DNA of 63,130 bases, the filler included, from Octopus bimaculoides (lineage: Eukaryota), in the NCBI RefSeq assembly GCF_001194135.2. It is 4 parts of 3 records of this genome, joined end to end, with 100 filler letters (N's around TTAATTAATTAA, not from the genome) between each part and the next. Parts side by side here need not be neighbours in the genome. Positions count along the whole stretch, not along the records: positions 27,041 to 58,853 come from NC_068982.1; 3 more parts are not named here. One strand, given 5' to 3'. Made by a program: the position numbers and the translations under genes. Within the stretch, counting starts at the first letter, position 1. Each line of letters opens with the position of its first letter. Of this stretch, positions 37,294-49,808 are shown one piece after another. The notes under the pieces are model-generated. The model was not told where the DNA came from. It worked only from the letters and a program-made list of their open reading frames with translations, and searched no databases.

Positions 37294-38461
37294 CCGAGAG
37301 AAAGACAGAGAGGTATGGTAGCATGAAACGTGAATTGGGGGTAATACATAAGGTTATAGCCTGCAAAATGACCAAAACGTTTAGTCACTTCTTAACTTTC
37401 ATCGAACCAAAAGAAGGCAAGAGCTGTCACCATATTGCCAAGATGAGACTCACTCCCCACTACATAGTTCTTATTCTATTTATGATTTATTAAAATACTG
37501 GGATTGTCATTGATCATTAAGTTAGTCAGCGTTTCTTCACGCTACTAAAATAAGTTTAATTAATTAAAATTTCTAAAGATACTACATTACGGATGTTAGC
37601 AATGACCTTATCATTTATGAAGATTAGTTTAACTTCCTCCTTTATATCTAATTGATTAACCAATCTTCTTTTGACGAACAAAAAAAACACTCTTCCATTC
37701 ACACGCTGATAAAAAAAATGTTATGCAACTGGTTGAAATAAATTTATTTATATCTCAAAACTGTTTGACAGAAACACCTTGTATATATGTATTCCACAGA
37801 ATTGACGAAGGTTGCAAGACATACAATTTGGCTGCCACAACAGCGAGAAAGATACATATACCCTCTCCAAGTCCTTTTCCAAACCTTCCACAAAGAAGAG
37901 AGGCTTTCAGCAATCAGTTTTGGAAACTGTGACTGGAATCATCCTGCATACGGGAATATTATCATTGAAAAACCTCTTTTTACTTCGAACTCGGATTGAT
38001 TCTTTCTTTAAGTTCTCTCAAATAATATAAGATGAATCCATTCTTCAGGAATGTGTGTATGGGGAGGGCGAGAGCGAGTGTATAAAAATTTTTTTAAATA
38101 CAAGGGGGAAAATAGAACAAAAACAAAAATAAAATGTACAATCACGCAACATATATGTAGCAATAGGTATATAAAGATTGACTAATATTTATATATGCCT
38201 TTTATTTTTTTTAAAACTTGTAAAAATCAAGTCGGAAAGGATAAAACATTTTTTTGTTAAATTTTAGAAGAGATAAACCGGTTAGTGAAGTATTGTTTAT
38301 TGATTAAGTAATCTTTGAAGTTGCAGGACTCGGCATTCTTCTTCATACAGTTCATACAATGTCACGTGAAAATATTATTGAAATAACATGTTTCTTGTCT
38401 TCAGAAATATTACTGCTATACTTTTATTGATAATTAATACCATTGGAGATAGTATTGATTT

Positions 38462-38661
38462 GAAATTTTGGCTCAAGGCCATTAATTTCGGGGAGGAACA
38501 AGTCAATTACATCGACTCCGCCCCCAGTGCCCAATGGGTACTTATTTTATCGACCCCGAAAGGATAAAAAGTAAAGCCAACGTCGACGGAGTTAGACCTC
38601 AAAATGTTAAGACGGACGAAATGCCGCTAAGCATTTAACAATTCTGCCAGCTCGCTGCCTT
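38462..38661 (-). mobile_element. SINE family B with CpGs retained
   Basis: tatcgaccccgaaagg...gacggacgaaatgccgctaagc...ctgccagctcgctgcct. Confidence 0.85.
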
Positions 38662-39200
38662 GTCTTTGGAAATAATATTAGCTGTGTTTGCTGCTTAAAA
38701 GTTCATTGAACTCTTTTATTAAAAATTATAGGCTTCTTGTACCAACAAATAGCAACAGAGAAAGGTTATAATCTGATTTATAAAACTTATTCTGGTTAGT
38801 TTATTCTACAGCACTTATTCATTTAGCTGTATAAATGATTCTCTAGAAACTTATTAAGATTGTGTATAATTTGGTCACGCAAAATATTTTAATTGTGATT
38901 TTGTTTTTGTGTTATAATATTTATATATAATTCTGGAATATCAACACATGTAGCCATACTGTTTAAGGTACATCTTAAAGAATATTAACATTTTATAATA
39001 CTGATTTACTATCCAACCACTTCCAAAAGGTTTCCTGCAATGTAAATATTTCTATGACGTCTGTCAGTATTTAATGTGACGCAGGCTTTAGTTAAGGTTT
39101 TACTTTAAACATGCACCTCCTCTGCTTCGGTCACCTTATTTTACGGATTTCTACTCGTGTGGAATAAAATAACTTTGTTTTATATATATATATAAAATTG

Positions 39201-39252
<52 letters not shown>

Positions 39253-39269
39253 TTACCAGATTACTCCAC

Positions 39270-40400
39270 TTACTGCTGACTACCCATAAATCCGCGTTAG
39301 ACGGAATTTACTCTGTGGCTATTGAATGTATGCTCAAGTTAAAACTTGAAGACAGAAGTGAGCCACATAACCCTTTTGAACCTCGGATAAACTTAAAAGA
39401 CCATAAAATTAACTTTTGGGACAACCCTTCTGTCCGGCTTATTTGCATGACTAGATCGAACATAGGATGCTGAAGTAGAGCACTGCTAGATAGAATTGGC
39501 CCATACTTAATCCCGTGTATATCCCTCCAGTCATGGTCTAATATAATCGAGGTCATACACTGGTTTTCTTTCAGAGGTAATAAAAGTAAATAATTATTTT
39601 TACAGTTTAATATTAATTCTTACTACTCTAGTATAACTCCCATACTCTTAATCAAGGCACTAGTATTTGATGGAAAGTCTTCTTCTCTCTTTAAGAATAA
39701 TATTGACATAATTTTATTAACCCAAAGAACTGTTGTTGAATTTGAAGGTAAATTGTGGACGAGGCGTAATACCCCCGACATTTTCGATATAGCAATGAAA
39801 TCTAGTGACTCGGCTCAAGTTACTGATCTACTTGGTATCTATCTCCTCTACTGCCTCCAAGATATTTTTCCTGATCTGCAGGCAGACTATATAGGGATGA
39901 TGCTCTGTTCATCATCCCTACTAATAGCAAAGTAGTTTTAGAAAGGACTAGAAAAAAAAACTTTAAAACCTGGACATAACCTTCATGCATAATACTAAGG
40001 CTGTTAATTTCCTTGACGCTACTCTAGACCTTAAATATGGTCTATATTACCTCTATCGAAAACATTCTGAGATTACTACATATGTAAACCGATTACATGC
40101 CCCTTGCGTACTTAACTCACAAGTTAAAAGCATATTGACTCGAATTACGCAACTCTCTGCTAGCGTTGACGTGTTCAGTGCATATCTTCACCATTACAAC
40201 TCTGCTCTATCTAATGCGGGTTATACGCGAAGCATTGTGCTTTCATCTGAAGTCGATTAAGCTACCCACAGCACTAAATCCAGCGAGTCTATATTTCTTA
40301 ATGATAAATCTCATACTAAAGGTGCGCTGAGGCATCGTAACCGAAATAAATACAATCATAGGAAGCGTTCTAAAAATATGATCTTAGGAAACCTGTTTAT
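39270..40400 (+). mobile_element. Penelope-like element RT remnant
   Basis: LKDHKINFWDNPSVRLI, FDIAMKSSDSAQVTDLLGIYLL, VNFLDATLDL..LYRK and YNSALSNAGY match Penelope LKDHK.NF..NP..RLI, FDVTMGS.DGAE.C.LVG, VNFLDVT and Y..AL..SGY motifs. Confidence 0.8.
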
Positions 40401-40490
40401 GAGTCTACAAAGGATATAACACCTAACTACAGCAATAATAATAACAAAACCAAAAACAAGAACAACAACAATAATAATGATAATAATAAT

Positions 40491-40740
40491 GTGAATGTGA
40501 TACCAAAAGTAACTGGCGCGCTTGGAAGTATCAGCACTCAACTACTAACATGGTTCAAAAAGATTGGTAAATTTGTAAAGATAGAACACCTACAAAAATC
40601 AACATTGCTTGGAACTGTAAGAGTTTTCTATAGGGTTCTTGAAGCATGACCAGTAAACAAGTGTCACTTTAGTCTGCTGGCTGTGGACAGATGACCCCCT
40701 TTCCATCATACTCAGCAAAATAAACTGAGAGTTTACATCA
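40491..40740 (+). mobile_element. 5'-truncated R4/Dong-like copy (last 52 codons plus 3' UTR) flanked by (AAT)n on both sides
   Basis: VNVIPKVTGALGS...HLQKSTLLGTVRVFYRVLEA* (stop 40647-49); (AAT)n ends at 40490 and restarts at 40741. Confidence 0.85.
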
Positions 40741-40817
<77 letters not shown>

Positions 40818-40870
40818 TAATGGTAATAATAATATTAATAATGCTAATAACAACAATAATAATGTTAATA
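40741..40870. repeat. (AAT)n microsatellite
   Basis: Read directly. Confidence 0.95.
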
Positions 40871-41375
40871 GTGGTGACACAGTTAATACTGAGTCAAAGT
40901 GTTTGCACAGATACGTAAATTCTGCTGGAAATGTAATTGCCTGAACGTAGCCATAGATACACCAGGAATTCATGCCTACCTTTACGCCATTGATAATAAA
41001 TATACTTCGCCGAATATAAACAAAAACCACGGCGGTAAAGACCGCAATTCGGATTACTGAAGCAGATTATGTAATGATGACGCAATCTGGTATAATCCTC
41101 TTTTTAATAGCGCTGTATCTACTAGTATCTCTAATAAGCTGTTCTACATAGAAAAACTTCCCTCCTTCTATCAGATACTACAGTATACTCTGTATAAGAA
41201 AAATTTCATACTCTAGGGACTGTAATGGCGGGTAGGATCTTTTCTGTTTGGCTACCAATTTTTAATCTCTTCAATTTCTGTTCGAATTGATTTCATATTC
41301 GCTGTAATGATGTAGTTTCATATACTAATCAATGCCATGAAATTCATTTTCACCATAAATCAATAAATAAAGAGT

Positions 41376-41414
<39 letters not shown>

Positions 41415-42335
41415 NNNNNNNNNNNNNNNNNNNNNNNNNNNNNNNNNNNNNNNNNNNNNNNNNNNNNNNNNNNNNNNNNNNNNNNNNNNNNNNNNNNNNN
41501 NNNNNNNNNNNNNNNNNNNNNNNNNNNNNNNNNNNNNNNNNNNNNNNNNNNNNNNNNNNNNNNNNNNNNNNNNNNNNNNNNNNNNNNNNNNNNNNNNNNN
41601 NNNNNNNNNNNNNNNNNNNNNNNNNNNNNNNNNNNNNNNNNNAAAACAAACCTTTTTTGCGAACAACGAAAGAAAGAAATAGAAAAGCAAAACAGGCAAC
41701 ATAAGGAACAACCCCTTCATCAGTTGTCCCCTGTTTTATCTACTCTGCATTTCGAGCTTTAGGACAAGATGCGTCTTCGTCAAAACAGTTGCTCCTGCAA
41801 AGCAAATTAAATAAAATTTGGAATTTGCAGAGGGTTGCCTGTATGTATGTATGTATGTATGTATGTATGTATGTATGCATGTATGCACGAACGATTGTAT
41901 GTTTATTTGTTTGTATGTGTGTGTACGTACGTATGAACGCATATGTATGTGTATATGTAAAAACGTATGCACATGCGTATGTCTGTACGTATGTGTGTAT
42001 ATATTGTGTACGTATGTGTGTATGTATGTGTGTACGTATGTGTGTATGTATGTATGTATGTATGTATGTATGTATTTGCTTTGGAGTTCATTTAATTAAA
42101 GTCGTTATTACTAAAGAGACTTTTTATTTGAGCCAGGACAATCTTTGACATTTGTGAATTGGTGCGTGCACGCGCGTGTAAACTCGCGCTCATGTCACTT
42201 TGGTTCACGAATGTATGTTTTAACACTGTGTCTCTATCTGAGTTCACATAATTAGGAGCAAATGCTCAATCCAAGAAATTAAAGAATTCCTGGAATGTTT
42301 TATAAATTTGAACTCTACCACTATGTATGTATGTA

Positions 42336-42414
<79 letters not shown>

Positions 42415-43280
42415 GTCCGCTCATTCGTTCAAAAGAATCTCGCTTCACACGGTAAATATATGTAATACAATTGTAACTCAATGGGGGGGTTAGCTCGCCT
42501 ATGTCTTCGCATATAATGGATATAAGTTGACAGGTAAAATTATGAAAAGGGTGTCAGTTTTTTTCAACAAGTTATTTCTTTAGTGAAAAGTATAAATATA
42601 AAATTTGATAGTATAAAACAAAAACAAAAACAAACAAAACATAAAACGCCAGACGTGCTTCAAATAAATTAGAGAAATATGAATACACTTTCTTTAAAAT
42701 TTCGTTCAAACTTTGTTAGGTGTGGAAATCAGTTGGTTTATAGACTTATATCTGCGATTTGGACTTGCATACTAATCGTTTGGAGGAGTGGATGGAAATT
42801 TTAAAGAACAACAAACATGAAAAAGAATTTTTGTAACTTCCTAGGTTAAAAACAAAATAACACAAAACAAAACAAAACAAAAAAACGATAGTTTATTATT
42901 TCAAAGAAAAGGCAGTCGCAACAGCCTAAAGCTAATAACAGGAACTAATTACCATAATCTATATGCAGCTGCAGAAGAGAGACAAATGTTGACCTCAATG
43001 TTAGAAACATGACCGTAACAATATCAATCTGTCATGTTTCCTTCTTTTGCAGACATACAATAGCTTTATTTGAGTAAAACAGAAATTCTTAACTATCTTT
43101 TATATATCTATATCTATATATCAATGTTTTACCTTCTAATTTTCTTTTTCTAATTTAAATTGAGAGTACCTTCCATTGATTTCTCTGATACAGGCATATA
43201 TTTACAAGGCCGATCAAAAATAAAACCATTGACAAAATTGTTCCGCCCCCAAATGCAATAACATGCTGGAGATATCGAGG

Positions 43281-44616
43281 TGTAGTGAAACTACCTCCCG
43301 CCATTAGATACAAACTACTATCGCCATTACATACAATCTTCTCATTTAAATATAAATAAATGCGAGCGTAGTAGAGAACCCATTCCTTGTCATCACGTGA
43401 CTGATCATTATTCGAATCGGCAACTTCTTCGAACCGTTCCCGCCAGAACGCAAACTGACCAATCACAGCCCTTAATAAGGTCACGTGATAGAGTATATTT
43501 CTGATATCTGGTGAGCCCCCTTAACGCTATAAATAGATCAACTCATACCCCACAAATTTGTCTCGGCCCAGTTTCTCTTAGAGACTGTTCCGTGTANNNN
43601 NNNNNNNNNNNNNNNNNNNNNNNNNNNNNNNNNNNNNNNNNNNNNNNNNNNNNNNNNNNNNNNNNNNNNNNNNNNNNNNNNNNNNNNNNNNNNNNNNNNN
43701 NNNNNNNNNNNNNNNNNNNNNNNNNNNNNNNNNNNNNNNNNNNNNNNNNNNNNNNNNNNNNNNNNNNNNNNNNNNNNNNNNNNNNNNNNNNNNNNNNNNN
43801 NNNNNNNNNNNNNNNNNNNNNNNNNNNNNNNNNNNNNNNNNNNNNNNNNNNNNNNNNNNNNNNNNNNNNNNNNNNNNNNNNNNNNNNNNNNNNNNNNNNN
43901 NNNNNNNNNNNNNNNNNNNNNNNNNNNNNNNNNNNNNNNNNNNNNNNNNNNNNNNNNNNNNNNNNNNNNNNNNNNNNNNNNNNNNNNNNNNNNNNNNNNN
44001 NNNNNNNNNNNNNNNNNNNNNNNNNNNNNNNNNNNNNNNNNNNNNNNNNNNNGATTCTGTTAGGTGACTCAGCTTCACCACGATAAATAAACAGACAAGA
44101 ATTCTCAGCCAGCGACGAACATCTGTATAACAAGAATCACGGCCCGGCATCGATGCCACGACATCACAACTAGTGATCAGCCCTGCCACACTCAGCCAAC
44201 TCACTTCACATACAGATTCATATTATTGTGTACCCAAGAACTGGTATAATTGTTCACGTGTTATTGACTCTCTTTCCATCTGCTGTAAACACTCATACAC
44301 ACATGTATCACTCACATACACACTTTTCTTTGTATGACGGCCTGTCTTTGATTATGTTCTTATATGCCGCATTCACACTCTCACACAGACATACATCTTT
44401 AACGCCATAATAAATATCTCTGTTATTCATCTTATATAGTTGTGGTCTTTCATTACTGGTCATCTATGTTATCGTCGTATAACATATCTTGTATATCACA
44501 TTTGATATACTATATTTTGTTTTCGACCGTGTGACGCGTTTAAATAAAAGGAGTCCTCTGTTTTCCCATTCGTCACCATTTCTCCTTTTTTGAGTTCGCA
44601 CGGTCGTTCCCTTACA
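43281..44616 (+). mobile_element. Solo-LTR-like element spanning a gap, 4-bp TSD GAGG
   Basis: tgtagtgaaac...ccttaca; gagg at 43277-80 and 44617-20. Confidence 0.85.
43459..43535 (+). promoter_or_regulatory. LTR U3 promoter-like module: CCAAT, E-box GGTCACGTGA, TATAAATA
   Basis: CCAAT 43459-63, GGTCACGTGA 43479-88, TATAAATA 43528-35; order and spacing conserved in the other three copies. Confidence 0.55.
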
Positions 44617-44989
44617 GAGGTTTTTCTTTTTATAGTAATTAGTATGGTCAAATAATTTCAGTTTGAAAATTTCAGTGTTGTCTTCATGTTTTTTTTTTAT
44701 GTAATGAGATGTTAAAAGGCTTGTGGGTGGGTAAGTATATTGTGATTGATTATTAGGCATGTGTTCGGTGTTGATAAAAGTGACCACATAAATGTGTTTC
44801 CATACATATATTACGTTAGGTAGATTTCTATACTACACTTGTACATTTATTTATGCTATGTCGCAGAAACTTTTTGCAAGGATGTACGCGATAAAGGTTT
44901 ACAATATGTAAGATAAAGAGAATCTAGTTAAACCAGTCAAGTTACATGTGCCCCATTATTATTATTTATTATTCATTATTATTATTATT

Positions 44990-46231
44990 TTGGTTTGGCT
45001 CAGCTTCTGGTAGGATTTATATGGGTAGCGAGTTACTACCTGTAACTGTAGGTATCCACACTTTTTCGGTAGTCTTTCAAGTGCTTAAAACCCTCCTGAT
45101 AATCCTTGATGTCCTTAAGGGGCAAACTTTCAGCTGGAGTTCTACTGGGCGTTCTATTCCAATCTCCTTCAACCATTTGTTTATATCTTGGTTTACTGTT
45201 CCCAACACACCAATTATTATAGGTATGACCTTTACTGTTCGCATTCTCCAAATTCTTCCCATTTCAAATTTTAAAGGATTGCATTTTCTTTGTTTTTCTT
45301 TCTCTTTCTTTACGATCCTGGAATCAAACGGGCGTGATGGGTCGATAAGTAAGCAACTTCGATTTTTCTCATCTATGATTGTAATATCTGTTCTATTATT
45401 TTCTAACTTCTTGTCTGTTTGAAGGGGAAAGTCCCACAAAATCTTACATTTTTCCGACTCCCGTACTCTTTCGACTCGATGATTGTACCATGTGTTTCCA
45501 GCTTTAACTCCCCATTTCTGGCACAGTTTCCAGTGTAAAACTTTTACAACCGGGTCGTGCCTCCATTTCTCATATTCTTCCTGCGCCAAGTTGGAGCATT
45601 CAACAACAATGTGTGCCACTGTCTCGTTCCAAGTTCCACAGGCTCTACATTCTTCTGTCACATACTCTCCATATATTTTTTTCTCAAGTTGTTGTTTGTT
45701 TTTATCACTTGATCTAGGATTGCTACAATTAGGTTCTCTATTTCTTATTTTAATTGCCCCTTTTTTAACCAAGCCCAGGACTTTGTTCCACATACATCTT
45801 CAGTGGCTCTCCAAAATTGGCCTTGCAAAGATTTCTCTTTGATCTGTCTGATGTACTCTCTTTTTATTTCGTTCTTGTCCTTTTTTTCCTATTACGCACT
45901 TCATCACTTGTTCTTTCTTAACTAACTTTTGTAGTTTTTCTATGCTGTTCTGTAAATACTCTACTAGATTTTTTCTTTCCATCTGTACACATTCTTCTAT
46001 TGCTATTAAACCTCTTCCATCCTGGTCTCTCCTCAAGAACAACCGATTGATATCAGCGTTCGGATGGTGGGCTTCATAACTTGTCAACAACTTCCTAGTT
46101 TTTCTGTCTAGTTTCAATATATCGTTTCTGGTTCAGTGATAGAATTATAAATTCCAACTCCATATCTATTAAGGGTACTGCTCTTGAATTTATTGCTTCA
46201 ATAAGATTTTTGGAATTTAGTCTTGACTGCA
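44990..46231 (-). mobile_element. R4/Dong-like non-LTR retrotransposon, 5'-truncated, with zinc knuckle and RLE domain
   Basis: LIEAINSRAVP, KLDRKTRKLL..HHPNADINRLF..GRGL, CRACGTWNETVAHIVVEC, RHDPV, KILWDFPLQTD..NRTDI, PIIIGVLG; 3' end at (ATT)n 44955-44989. Confidence 0.9.
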
Positions 46232-46246
46232 ATTATTATTATTATT

Positions 46247-46562
46247 GTTCAGTAGTTTTATTTTTATAACGTGCTTTCACTTCACTACCGAGCGCAGCTC
46301 TGTGCGCCTTGGGTATGTGCTGTGGTTTGCTGTGGTGCTCTTATGGTTACTGTATTGAAAGTGTTTTGCGTAGTGTACTGTCTGTAGTAGTGTTTCTAGC
46401 TCTTTGTCATTTTTAGCATATAATTTTAGGTCATCCATATATAAAAGGTAGCTAACTGTTTTTCCGTAGCATTTGTAACCGCATCCAGTTCTATTTAGCA
46501 ATTCTGTTAAAGGTGTGAGTGCCAGGCAGAACAGGAATGGAGAGAGCGTGTCTCCCTGGAAT
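46247..46562 (-). mobile_element. Second R4/Dong-like copy: RT core fused by deletion to its own 3' end
   Basis: FQGDTLSPFLFCLALTPL...LLYMDDLKLYAK..LLQTV joins LRKTLSIQ* (46373-46347), then about 100 bp of 3' UTR and an (AAT)5 tail. Confidence 0.85.
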
Positions 46563-47561
46563 NNNNNNNNNNNNNNNNNNNNNNNNNNNNNNNNNNNNNN
46601 NNNNNNNNNNNNNNNNNNNNNNNNNNNNNNNNNNNNNNNNNNNNNNNNNNNNNNNNNNNNNNNNNNNNNNNNNNNNNNNNNNNNNNNNNNNNNNNNNNNN
46701 NNNNNNNNNNNNNNNNNNNNNNNNNNNNNNNNNNNNNNNNNNNNNNNNNNNNNNNNNNNNNNNNNNNNNNNNNNNNNNNNNNNNNNNNNNNNNNNNNNNN
46801 NNNNNNNNNNNNNNNNNNNNNNNNNNNNNNNNNNNNNNNNNNNNNNNNNNNNNNNNNNNNNNNNNNNNNNNNNNNNNNNNNNNNNNNNNNNNNNNNNNNN
46901 NNNNNNNNNNNNNNNNNNNNNNNNNNNNNNNNNNNNNNNNNNNNNNNNNNNNNNNNNNNNNNNNNNNNNNNNNNNNNNNNNNNNNNNNNNNNNNNNNNNN
47001 NNNNNNNNNNNNNNNNNNNNNNNNNNNNNNNNNNNNNNNNNNNNNNNNNNNNNNNNNNNNNNNNNNNNNNNNNNNNNNNNNNNNNNNNNNNNNNNNNNNN
47101 NNNNNNNNNNNNNNNNNNNNNNNNNNNNNNNNNNNNNNNNNNNNNNNNNNNNNNNNNNNNNNNNNNNNNNNNNNNNNNNNNNNNNNNNNNNNNNNNNNNN
47201 NNNNNNNNNNNNNNNNNNNNNNNNNNNNNNNNGGTTTGTTTAAGGATGTTGAACAAAACAACCATGTTTACAAAGGTGAATTATCCAAACCCCAAAGAAT
47301 TCCTCTCAACACATGGCTATGATGTTCCCCCACTACTTCTGCTCATGATCAGAGATACACATATCGTCAGCCACCAAGGGACATGCTCAACTGGTTAAGG
47401 TGAAACAACTGACAAGCAAATCTGTAGTTTTCGGCAGAATATTTGCTGTAGCCCATCTTTTATACCAAGACAAAACAATGTACATGATAACATTTCCAAT
47501 CAGTTAAGACCAGAAGCCATGAGAGCCACTGCCTGGTACTGCATCCGGGCATTGCTCCCGG

Positions 47562-47601
<40 letters not shown>

Positions 47602-47879
47602 GAGTGTTACTATAAGTTATTATAATTAACCTCTGCTGCATGGCTGAAGAATTTATCCAACGTTGTTCGACGTTTACAGCATAGCGTCTCAACATCGGAA
47701 CTGAGCTCATTATGAATCTTTGTAATTTTTATGCTGCGTCCATTGTCATCAACATAGACTCGCATATCTTCGTCTGTAATTGCCAACCATTTTCGCTGTA
47801 TTCTGTTTAGTTGGATGAAGTGGAGTAAGCGGAGAATTCGCTCTCAGTCCAACATCGCCAGCGTCAAAATAAAAAAAAG

Positions 47880-48780
47880 AACAACCTTCCTATATGGAGC
47901 ACCAATATTTCAATTACATCAACTATAACTTTCAGTGTCACAATATCTTATTGACTACCGGAAACCCTACAAAGTTACTGATACAGACTGGCCTTATGTT
48001 TCATGATCTCGAATTTTATTCAGAAGTCTCTAACTTTTATTGTCCCGCCAATTGCTTCTATGAGTTATTCAAAGTTTTTTTCTCATATATGACGTATATC
48101 AGGAAGTTAGTCTTTTAGAGAAATATTTCAATCTTGTCTTTTAGAGAAATATTTCGATCTTGTATTATGAGGGGAATCATTTAAGTTCACGGGATAAAAT
48201 GAGCAATGCTTTGTTGGAAATATTACGCTCAGCACTGTGCCCTTTTACAGCTGTGACCAAAATGTTTGTCAACCAATCTTGGTAAAAAGACTTCATAGTA
48301 GATTAAACATAGTATAACTCTTAAAGGCCCTTTTAGTTTGAAGAGGGACATATAAGTATGGGTTTTAATGCCACATCCTACCAGAATAAGTATCAGATGA
48401 CTTTTGGAAGCTCTAAAAGTTGGTTTTTCTTTACTAGAAATAAATGTCTCAGGAGGGATGCGCTCCCAAGTCGCTTTCATCGACATTGCACGCTTGTTCT
48501 ACTATAGCGCCACCTTCAGCAATAATAATATTCCTTAATGTAATTAATTGCAGCCTCTGTCTTTGTACTGGCAATGCTAACGATCATTTTTCTATTGTAA
48601 AAATTAAGGTGTCCCTTAAACCCTTTCAAACCAGCTTTTACTAACAAGAAATGGATTTTGCCTCAGAAGGTCACTGCCGCTTCCTGAAAAATCTTCATTT
48701 GAATAACCCTTTTGTTTATTGGCACACGTTTCATTTGAAGCATCACTTCAGATCTAAGAAAAATTAAAACAATGCTTGAC
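47880..48780 (-). mobile_element. pogo/Tigger-like DNA transposase remnant
   Basis: SKSWFER, AEGG..EQACNVDES, WERIPPETFISSKEK.FRASK and NKALLIL match pogo SKGWFERF, EEGGY.PEQVFNVDET, WKRMP.RTFISKEEK and KALLILDN; many stops and frameshifts. Confidence 0.75.
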
Positions 48781-48832
48781 ATTTAACAGAGGAGCTACCC
48801 GAGGCTGTGACCTAATTTGATCTTGTTTCGTA

Positions 48833-49808
48833 TGTAGTGAAACCACCTCTCTCACGGTTATTTATTTACAAATGCGAACGTAGCAGGTAACATCTCTTTC
48901 CCGCCTTGGACCCCGGCTGTTGTCCATCACCTGACTGACTTTTATTTGCGCGGCAATTGTCTCCAGTCCTTTCGCGCCAGGATGTAAACCGGCCAATCGT
49001 GGCCATCTAATAAGGTCACGTGAGAGAGTGTTTTCTGATGCTCTCTAGAGCCTCCTTGTACCTACAAATAGCCTGCTTTATACGCGCCACTTCGTCGCTG
49101 CTTCAGATCTGCTAAGGTCTGGTCGTTGACCACACGTAACACAGCTAGCCAGTTTCCAGCGACGACATCAACAGCATCGTTCAACTGTTTACTACAATCC
49201 TCGTCCCCAACGTCAACACGACTTCTCTACGTACACAAGCTACCAAACAGCAGCCGCAGCTTCTCTCAATACTGTTGTGAAATATCTTCACCAAGGTTAA
49301 CAGAATTCAACACCTGCGAGAAACCATCTGTATCAAGAATCCGGCCCGGCATAGAAGCCTCAACTGCACGACAAGTGACTTAGCTCTGCCTCAACCTTAA
49401 CCTCTTATATACAGACTTTCTAACTACTGTGTACCTTAACAGAACTGGTATATTCTTATCCGTGTTACTGACTCTTTTCTATCCTCTGTATCTCTTGCAT
49501 TCACATAACATATATTTGTACACATACACTATTTTGTTTACATGACGGCCTGTCTTATATTGTGTTTTATTATGTCGCATTCACACACACACACAGACAT
49601 ACAGTTTAATGCTCTAATAAATCTTACTGTTATACATCTTTATCGGTTGAGTCATCTCTAACTTTTTCCTTACTGGCACTTCTTAGTTCTCTATGTTATA
49701 GTATTATAACATATATCATTATATTTTGTGTCGACCGTGCGACGCGTTAAAAAGGAGCCTATTTCCATTCGTCACCATTTCTCCTTTGGTTCGCAGGGTC
49801 GTTCTACA
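48833..49808 (+). mobile_element. Complete 976-bp solo LTR, TGTAG...CTACA, 4-bp TSD CGTA
   Basis: No gap inside; cgta at 48829-32 and 49809-12; CCAAT 48993, E-box 49014, AATAAA near 49616. Confidence 0.9.
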
